A stretch of DNA of 64,000 nucleotides from an uncultured Actinomycetota bacterium. Its GTDB lineage: Bacteria; Actinomycetota; Actinomycetes; Mycobacteriales; Mycobacteriaceae. A model generated the notes under the pieces. It was not told the origin of the DNA and searched no databases. It was given only the letters and a program-made list of their open reading frames with translations. This document shows positions 58,180-64,000 of this stretch, piece after piece. The DNA lies in NCBI GenBank assembly GCA_963848185.1, contig CAWKCR010000022.1, positions 102,019-166,018 on the forward strand, read 5' to 3'. Within the stretch, counting starts at the first letter, position 1. The number at the start of each line of letters is the position of its first letter. The translations under genes and the position numbers were made by a program.

Positions 58180-60230
58180 AGGAGTATGTGGTCGAGTTGC
58201 ACGAGTTCGCGTGGCAGTCCGGTCGTTTCGAGGCGGTCCAGCGGGTCGGCGGCAACGTAGGGCGCCAGGTCCAGTCCCGTGAGATCCGCGATCCGGCGCA
58301 CCGGCACCTGGAACGTCCGATATGCGCCGTAGGAGAACGACTCGGGCAGCGCGCCCGGCAACCGCTCGGTGCGGAACTCGTCCAGCAATGACTCCTGACT
58401 GAGAAGATACGCTGTGACAGAAGGCTTTCCGTCAGTACGCACCATCGCCACGACCTTCCAGTACTGCAGCGGCAACGCCACGCCGCGATACTCCGGATCG
58501 CCGTCGTCGAGCACCGGCCCGGTGAGCACGCTGACCCGCAGGTCCGACGTCACCGCGTTCTGCAGCACGTAGTCCTCCAGGCCCAGCCACAACGTCCGGC
58601 CGGCGTTGAATTCGTGATGCTGCGGTGTGCAGTTGGTGAAGTGGAAGGTGTCGTCGACGGCGGCGGCCGATTTCGGGCCCCAAGCCGGGTCCAATCGGCG
58701 CACCAAATGCCCACGGTCGAGGTCGTTGTCGCGGTACACCTCTTCGCCGGTCTGCTCACTGGCCGGAATCCGCGGATCGACAATCCACGCGTCGCGGTCC
58801 CGGCGCGGGTGATCGGCCTTGCCGCCGTCGATGTTGACCGCAGTGAACAGAGCCAGCTTTCGCTTGCGCTGCATCACCACGCTGAAGTTGTGATACGGCA
58901 GCGGCTCCGTTGCCAGATCGGCATCGGCCGTCAAAACCGGCAGCGGAAGTGGGATGCCCAGGAACGCTGGGTCATAGCCGGGTCGCGTGCTGTAGTCCGG
59001 ATCGATGGATTCGGTGCTCGGCGCCGTCGGCTGCTCGACGCGCAGCGCGGCGACGGCGCCCGGCGGCAGCGTCACCTCGAGCGTGAGCGGAATCTTGATC
59101 GAGATCGGCGAGTTGCCGTCCGGTCGCGGCGTCGCGGTGGTTGGTTTCCGCTCGGGTGATGGCGGGTGCAGGATCTCGTCGGCCAACGCCCGCTGCGAGG
59201 CCGGCAGCTGGCTGTTCTTGACCATGCCGAGGATCGCCGTCACCCGCACGCCCTCGTTGAGCACGTTTCCGAAGTCGGGATGTTCGGGTGCGCGAACACT
59301 GGCGTGGTGCAGCGCGAGCACTTCCCACTGGTCGTTGAACACCGGCGAGCCCGATGAGCCCGGCTCGGTGTCGGCGGAGTAGTGCACGAAGTGCTCCCCG
59401 CCGTCGACGATCCGGTTCTCCCGCAAGGCCACCTGCTTCTTCTCACCGCGGGGATGCTGCACGATCGTCACGAACTCGCCGAGCAGTGCCTTGCCCTCGG
59501 ATTCGATCAGCCGGTTGAATCCGAACGGCGCGAGCTCGTCGGCCACGGCCTGCACCGCCACGATTGCGAAATCCAAACCCTCGTCGGCGAGGAAGAACCG
59601 GTCGGGATCGAAGCCGAATGTGGTGACGTCGAGCAGTTTGCCGTCAATGCCGTCCTGGTAGTCGAACTCGACCTGACTCGTGGCTGCCGCATCCGCGTTG
59701 TCCAGCACGTGATGATTCGTCAACATCAGGTGCGGCGAGATCATCGACCCCGTGCCGTAACCGACGAGCCGTCCGCGGCTGTCCTTGATCAGAATCCGGC
59801 CGACCGCCCGTGCGGCGGCCACACCGGCGTCGAGATATCGCGTCCCGACGAAATCCGCTGTGTTGATGATGGCTTCGAGCAGCTGCTCGGGCGGCGTCGA
59901 ATTGGGCACAGGGGCGCGCTCGACTGCCTTCTGGGCCAGCTCATCGGGCGCGTCGGTCGGAGTGGTCTCCGGCAGCTCGACGCCCGCGTAGTAGCGGGTG
60001 ATGCGGTCGAGGCGCCGGGCGACGAGTTCCGGTGGGTTGGCCTCGGCCAGGCTGCTCGATGACGCGAGCGCCTGCTCGTGCGCAAGCCGCGGTTCGGCGC
60101 GTTCGGCGACCCGGCGGCGAAGGGCCTCGATCTGCTGCTCTTCCAGAACCCGGCGGCGCAGCATCGCATCGCGGCGCGGATCGATCTTGTCCGGGTCGGC
60201 GTCCTGGAACGCCGGGGTGATGATGGTCAT
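58176..60230 (-). CDS. Trypsin-like serine protease fused to a DNA/RNA non-specific (EndoG/NucA) endonuclease
   Basis: GTG...TNHHV, LDFAIV, DTEPGSSGSPV; C-terminal DRGHLVRR, TNCTPQ...N...W..LE. Confidence 0.92.
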   Translation of the reverse strand: MTIITPAFQDADPDKIDPRRDAMLRRRVLEEQQIEALRRRVAERAEPRLAHEQALASSSSLAEANPPELVARRLDRITRYYAGVELPETTPTDAPDELAQKAVERAPVPNSTPPEQLLEAIINTADFVGTRYLDAGVAAARAVGRILIKDSRGRLVGYGTGSMISPHLMLTNHHVLDNADAAATSQVEFDYQDGIDGKLLDVTTFGFDPDRFFLADEGLDFAIVAVQAVADELAPFGFNRLIESEGKALLGEFVTIVQHPRGEKKQVALRENRIVDGGEHFVHYSADTEPGSSGSPVFNDQWEVLALHHASVRAPEHPDFGNVLNEGVRVTAILGMVKNSQLPASQRALADEILHPPSPERKPTTATPRPDGNSPISIKIPLTLEVTLPPGAVAALRVEQPTAPSTESIDPDYSTRPGYDPAFLGIPLPLPVLTADADLATEPLPYHNFSVVMQRKRKLALFTAVNIDGGKADHPRRDRDAWIVDPRIPASEQTGEEVYRDNDLDRGHLVRRLDPAWGPKSAAAVDDTFHFTNCTPQHHEFNAGRTLWLGLEDYVLQNAVTSDLRVSVLTGPVLDDGDPEYRGVALPLQYWKVVAMVRTDGKPSVTAYLLSQESLLDEFRTERLPGALPESFSYGAYRTFQVPVRRIADLTGLDLAPYVAADPLDRLETTGLPRELVQLDHILL

Positions 60231-60264
60231 GCGGCGAGTCTGCTGATCAGCGGCCACGCAGTCT

Positions 60265-60282
60265 CGGGTAGTGCAGTACGCA
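60265..60282. promoter_or_regulatory. Island palindrome copy (degenerate)
   Basis: CGGGTA-GTGCAG-TACGCA upstream of the trypsin-nuclease/regulator operon; half-site GCGCTACTCG at ~60316. Confidence 0.6.
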
Positions 60283-60326
60283 AATTCTTTCCACGCACCA
60301 CGCCATTGGTCGATGGCGCTACTCGC

Positions 60327-61346
60327 TCAGGAGGCGGCGAGCACCTCTTGTTCAACCCGTGCGGTCGCCGGCTCGACATGCACCAGCCGCTCGCCGCGGG
60401 CCAGCCAATCCATGTCGGCCCAGACGACGTGGGCGGGCAGCCGCCGCCAGTACTCCGGATGCGCGCGCAGGTAGATGTCGACGCTGGCGTGCACGAGCGC
60501 ATCGGCCGGCAGCCTGCGGATCGAAATCGTGGGTGCGCTTCCGGCCAGCGCGTCGAACTCGCTCGGTGCGGGCGCACAGCTCGCGCCCCGCACCGCGACA
60601 CCCGCCTTGACGGCGCCGTCGAGCATCCAGTCGAGCGCAATATCGGCCAGCGGCCAGCATGCCCCCGGACCGCCGGCGACGTCGCACCGCGCGCCGCGGA
60701 ACCAGACCTCTTCGACGCGTTCCGAGGCCGACGCGACGAGGTGCTCGCCGAACGGACCGTAGCCACCGTCGACGGCGACCGCATGCCGGCCGGCGACGAC
60801 ATTGGACAACGATTCGGCCATGGAAGGCCGCGGAAGCCCCGGCACCTTCACCATGTCCCACAGCCCCAAAAACTGTACGGGAACGCCGATTTCGCGCCGT
60901 CCGGCCAGCCGCGCCGCCAGTAGCGTCACCCGCCGCCAGTCCTGCGGGGTGCGCCGAGTGCGGGGCAGGACATAGGCGGCGAGCACGTAGTCCATCAGGT
61001 CGGGCAGCACTCCAACGGTGCCGAGCAGTCGCGCCAGGGCCTGTGCACAATATGCGCCGCGGCCGACGCCGAACATGAAGATCCGATCGCCTGGCTCCCA
61101 CCAGTCGACCAGGAACTCGTAGGCCTCGGCGATGGCCGCCCGCGCGTCGTCGATGGCGGCCTCTCTCCACCGAAGCCTGCCGAGTGGCCCGCCTCGGGAC
61201 GAGGCGGGAATCCGCGCGCCCGAGTGGTACCAGGTGATCTGCTCGTCGCTCTCCTCGAGCAGCCGGAGCAGCGCCTCGGCGTTCGTGGCGTCCCGCAGCC
61301 CGGGATGGGCACGTGCGCGGTCGTAGCACAGCACGATGTTCTTCAC
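60327..61346 (-). CDS. DUF2235 (Tle1-like alpha/beta hydrolase) with degenerate catalytic triad
   Basis: KNIVLC.D, AYEFL...PGDRIFMFG..RGAY.A..LA, FLGLWD.V, RHAVA.D, EVWF.G...DV.GG. Confidence 0.85.
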   Translation of the reverse strand: MKNIVLCYDRARAHPGLRDATNAEALLRLLEESDEQITWYHSGARIPASSRGGPLGRLRWREAAIDDARAAIAEAYEFLVDWWEPGDRIFMFGVGRGAYCAQALARLLGTVGVLPDLMDYVLAAYVLPRTRRTPQDWRRVTLLAARLAGRREIGVPVQFLGLWDMVKVPGLPRPSMAESLSNVVAGRHAVAVDGGYGPFGEHLVASASERVEEVWFRGARCDVAGGPGACWPLADIALDWMLDGAVKAGVAVRGASCAPAPSEFDALAGSAPTISIRRLPADALVHASVDIYLRAHPEYWRRLPAHVVWADMDWLARGERLVHVEPATARVEQEVLAAS

Positions 61347-61413
61347 GTCGACCCCCGACCGAAATTATTTGCGGTGCTGGTAGACAGTTTGCCCGGCAAA
61401 AGCCGCCGTGTCC

Positions 61414-61431
61414 TGCGTATCGCACTACTCG
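61414..61431. promoter_or_regulatory. Island palindrome copy
   Basis: TGCGTA-TCGCAC-TACTCG upstream of DUF2235; 17/18 identical to the 23604 copy. Confidence 0.68.
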
Positions 61432-61633
61432 AATCGGAACTTCCTACGGATTCTTGAGTTCGCAACGTGTGTTGGCACGGATTCAGTGGGTGTAATGCCA
61501 CATGCACGGGCGAATTCCTCCGCCGTAAGGCCGTCGGCGGAGTTCATATCGCAACGGCCGAAGGGAACTGTCGTTGACGCCGACTTGCCATTCGGACACG
61601 TCGGCATAGAGCGTGTCAGCCACACCTGAAGTT

Positions 61634-62578
61634 CTACAGTGGCATTACGACACCTGCGCTCATCGGATCAGTGTGCAGCTCAATCGATTCCGCCACGGTG
61701 CCGGGCGGCACGTCGTATGCGACACCGACGGTGGCCTGACCGCCGGGAGGAATCTCCACGAAGCCGCCACCGACGTAGAACGACGCTTCATCGTCGATGG
61801 AGTATGTGGTGCCGCCGGCATTGAGTTTCTGGTACGTGCCGAGGAACGTCGCCGGGGCATCGCTGGTGTTGACGACGGAGAGTCGCACGACGATGAACTC
61901 GCCCTGCGCCGTCTTCTCGACAGGGGCATCCGTGGACGTGACCGTGGTACGCGTCTCGACACCGATCAGCGAAAACGACAACGGTCCGTCGACGGTTTCG
62001 CCGCCGGGGGTCGCTGTCGGGGACTCGGTCTCCGTTTCCGTCGGCTCGTCCGCCTCGGCACTTGTTGTCGTCGGGGATTCGGACGTCGTCGTGGTCGTGT
62101 CCGTCGCGCCGATCTGCACGGCGTTGTCCTCGTGGATGAACAGCGCGTAGATGAAGACGAGCACCATCACCGCCAGCAGCGCGGCGCAGGCGGCGCCGAA
62201 CCAGACGATTAGCTTCCTGCGGTCGTCGTCCGGCGTTGATGGCTCGTTGGCAGGCACGGGCGGCGGGGTGAAGCTCGGAGGCTGGGGCGGTGGGGCGGTC
62301 GGCAGGGCCATCCGCGTCGTAGGTTGGTCCACCGGCGCCGTCGGACCGGGCTCGGGCTCGGGCGCCGGCTCGGGCTCGGGTGCCCGGTGTGAGCCGACCC
62401 GTTCCTCAGCCGGCTGCGCGGTCGATACGACGTCCGTCGGTCGTTCGCTGAATTCTGGTTCGGGCGCCGCGTGGGCGCCGTGCTCAGCGGGAGCCCACGC
62501 CGACCCGTCCCAGTACCGCTGGCCGCCCGAGCCGTCGGGATCGGGGTACCAGCCGGCGGGCGTGGGCGGTGTGGTCAT
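61634..62578 (-). CDS. DUF2510 + TM + DUF4352 membrane protein
   Basis: PAGWYPDP.G...QRYWDG..W, Pro-rich linker, TM, AQGEFIVV.L.V.N...YDVP. Confidence 0.85.
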   Translation of the reverse strand: MTTPPTPAGWYPDPDGSGGQRYWDGSAWAPAEHGAHAAPEPEFSERPTDVVSTAQPAEERVGSHRAPEPEPAPEPEPGPTAPVDQPTTRMALPTAPPPQPPSFTPPPVPANEPSTPDDDRRKLIVWFGAACAALLAVMVLVFIYALFIHEDNAVQIGATDTTTTTSESPTTTSAEADEPTETETESPTATPGGETVDGPLSFSLIGVETRTTVTSTDAPVEKTAQGEFIVVRLSVVNTSDAPATFLGTYQKLNAGGTTYSIDDEASFYVGGGFVEIPPGGQATVGVAYDVPPGTVAESIELHTDPMSAGVVMPL

Positions 62579-62649
62579 CGCGGGAGAATAACGCAGGTCC
62601 AGCACGGACGTCCGACTTTTGCCCAGGCAAACAGTCGTGGGCGGGCGCC

Positions 62650-63360
62650 TCAGCCGCCCATCAACATGCGCCACTGATCGAGATTGCTTGCCCGGTACAC
62701 GTAATTCGTGCGGCGCACCTCCGCGAGCGAGGCGCTCGGCTCGGCCGAATACCAGTGCCCAGGAAACACCGTGGGATCGCCGGGCAACTGCGCGAGCGCC
62801 TGCAGGCTGCGGTACATCTCGTCGACGTCGCCGCCGGGAAAATCGGTGCGGCCACAGCCCTCCAGGAACAGTGTGTCGCCGGCAACGAGGCACCCGTCCA
62901 ACAGGAAGCACTGGCTGCCGGGCGTGTGGCCTGGGGTATGCAGCAGCTCGATGTCGATGTCGCCGACGGTGACCTTGTCGCCATGCTCGTGCGCGGTCAG
63001 CTCGCTGCGCGCGATCCCCGTCACGCGTGAAACCCAGTCCGCCTCATGGGTATTGACGTGGACCGGCACACTGACCCGCTCCAGCAGCTCGGCGAGGCCC
63101 TTCAGCTCGAAGCCCATCATCGACCCGCCGACATGGTCGGGGTGGTGGTGCGTGACCAGCACGCCCGACAGGTGCATGCTGTCGGCCTCGAGCGCGTCGA
63201 CCAGATCCTGAGCGGCGTAAGCCGGATCGACCACGACGCAGTCGCCGGTCTCGCGGTCACCGATCAGGTAGGCGAAGTTGCGCATCTGCTGCGCGAACAT
63301 GTCGGTGGTGGCGAAGTCGCGACCCGAGAGCAGCTGCCGAAAGTACAGGCGATCGGTCAT
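62650..63360 (-). CDS. Glyoxalase II-like MBL hydrolase (Rv0634c-like)
   Basis: THHHPDH, TPGHTPGS, GDTLF..GCGR, PGH. Confidence 0.9.
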   Translation of the reverse strand: MTDRLYFRQLLSGRDFATTDMFAQQMRNFAYLIGDRETGDCVVVDPAYAAQDLVDALEADSMHLSGVLVTHHHPDHVGGSMMGFELKGLAELLERVSVPVHVNTHEADWVSRVTGIARSELTAHEHGDKVTVGDIDIELLHTPGHTPGSQCFLLDGCLVAGDTLFLEGCGRTDFPGGDVDEMYRSLQALAQLPGDPTVFPGHWYSAEPSASLAEVRRTNYVYRASNLDQWRMLMGG

Positions 63361-63402
63361 GAGCTCAGAGTAGGTTCCGGCTCCGTAAGAGTGCGGGCCA
63401 GG

Positions 63403-64000
63403 CTAGTCTTCCGCCTTCAGCCGCACCATGCGAGTGGTGCTGCTCTCGTCAAGCTCGACCAGGTCGCTGCGCGAGCGCAGGAAGTCACTGAACGAGCGGA
63501 ATCCCAGCGACTTCTCGGAAAACGACGGGTCCATGCGCTTCATCTGGGCCTTCACCGCCGAGTTGTGCAGCCAGTCGGCGTCGTCCTTCTCATGACCGAT
63601 GCGAAGGGCGCGCTCCAGCAGGCCCGTCGCCGCGGCCTGGGGATCGCTGGGTTCCTCGTCGCCCTCCTTCGCCTTCGTGCGCCGGGCCGCCTTCTTCGCA
63701 GGCGACGGCGGGAACACCGGGACGCCGGGCAGCGCGTCATAGGTAACGAACTCGTCGCAGGCGGCGGTGAGCGACCGGCTGATCGAGCCGGCGATGCCGA
63801 TGCCGACAACGTAGCGTCCGAGGCGCTTGCAGCGCTGAGCGAGCGCGATGTAGTCGGAGTCGCCGGCGACGATGATCACGTGGGTCAGGTCGGGCAACCT
63901 GAACATGTCCTCGACGGCGTCGACCGCCAAGCGGATATCGGCCCCGTTCTTGCCGTACGCGGCTGCGGGAAAGAGCTGCACGAGGTCGACCGCACGGCCC
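63403..64000 (-). CDS. NYN domain (LabA/DUF88) protein with OST-HTH/LOTUS domain, 5' part outside the window
   Basis: KNGADIRLAVD, GDSDY, ACDEF; C-terminal DPSFSE..LGF.SFSDFL. Confidence 0.88.
   Translation of the reverse strand, partial: GRAVDLVQLFPAAAYGKNGADIRLAVDAVEDMFRLPDLTHVIIVAGDSDYIALAQRCKRLGRYVVGIGIAGSISRSLTAACDEFVTYDALPGVPVFPPSPAKKAARRTKAKEGDEEPSDPQAAATGLLERALRIGHEKDDADWLHNSAVKAQMKRMDPSFSEKSLGFRSFSDFLRSRSDLVELDESSTTRMVRLKAED

Noticed and set aside
1-64000. CRISPR array, tRNA/rRNA, integrase or transposase
   Set aside because: I saw no regularly spaced repeats, RNA gene signatures or recombinase motifs. The 18-bp palindromes are dispersed in promoters rather than arrayed.

Overview
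High-GC actinobacterial DNA, almost certainly a fast-growing mycobacterium (Mycolicibacterium-like). The core backbone recD-recB-recC ... echA3 - Rv0633c-like ... Rv0634c-like (glyoxalase II), adjacent genes in M. tuberculosis as I recall them, is split here by two accessory blocks. Block 1 (~11-28 kb) holds an orphan CdiA-CT-like nuclease/immunity pair, an asparagine utilisation operon, an M48 protease pair, three GAF-ANTAR regulators and a fatty acyl-AMP ligase. Block 2 (~30.6-62.6 kb) is a conflict-type island: patatin + gluzincin peptidase + MBL hydrolase; S8 protease + small partner; a 14 kb operon of WD40, DUF6603-like and two giant unknown proteins ending in hemopexin-muralytic and M23 genes; a peptidoglycan-binding metallopeptidase; a trypsin-endonuclease fusion coupled to an AAA-LuxR regulator; and a catalytically degenerate DUF2235. 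The most notable unannotated signal is an 18-bp palindrome (CGAGTA-N6-TACTCG) found in seven separate intergenic regions ahead of these modules, which suggests one regulon. Three single-base indels (two compensating in recB, one in the giant ORF) may be sequencing errors. All family assignments come from motif recognition, not database searches.
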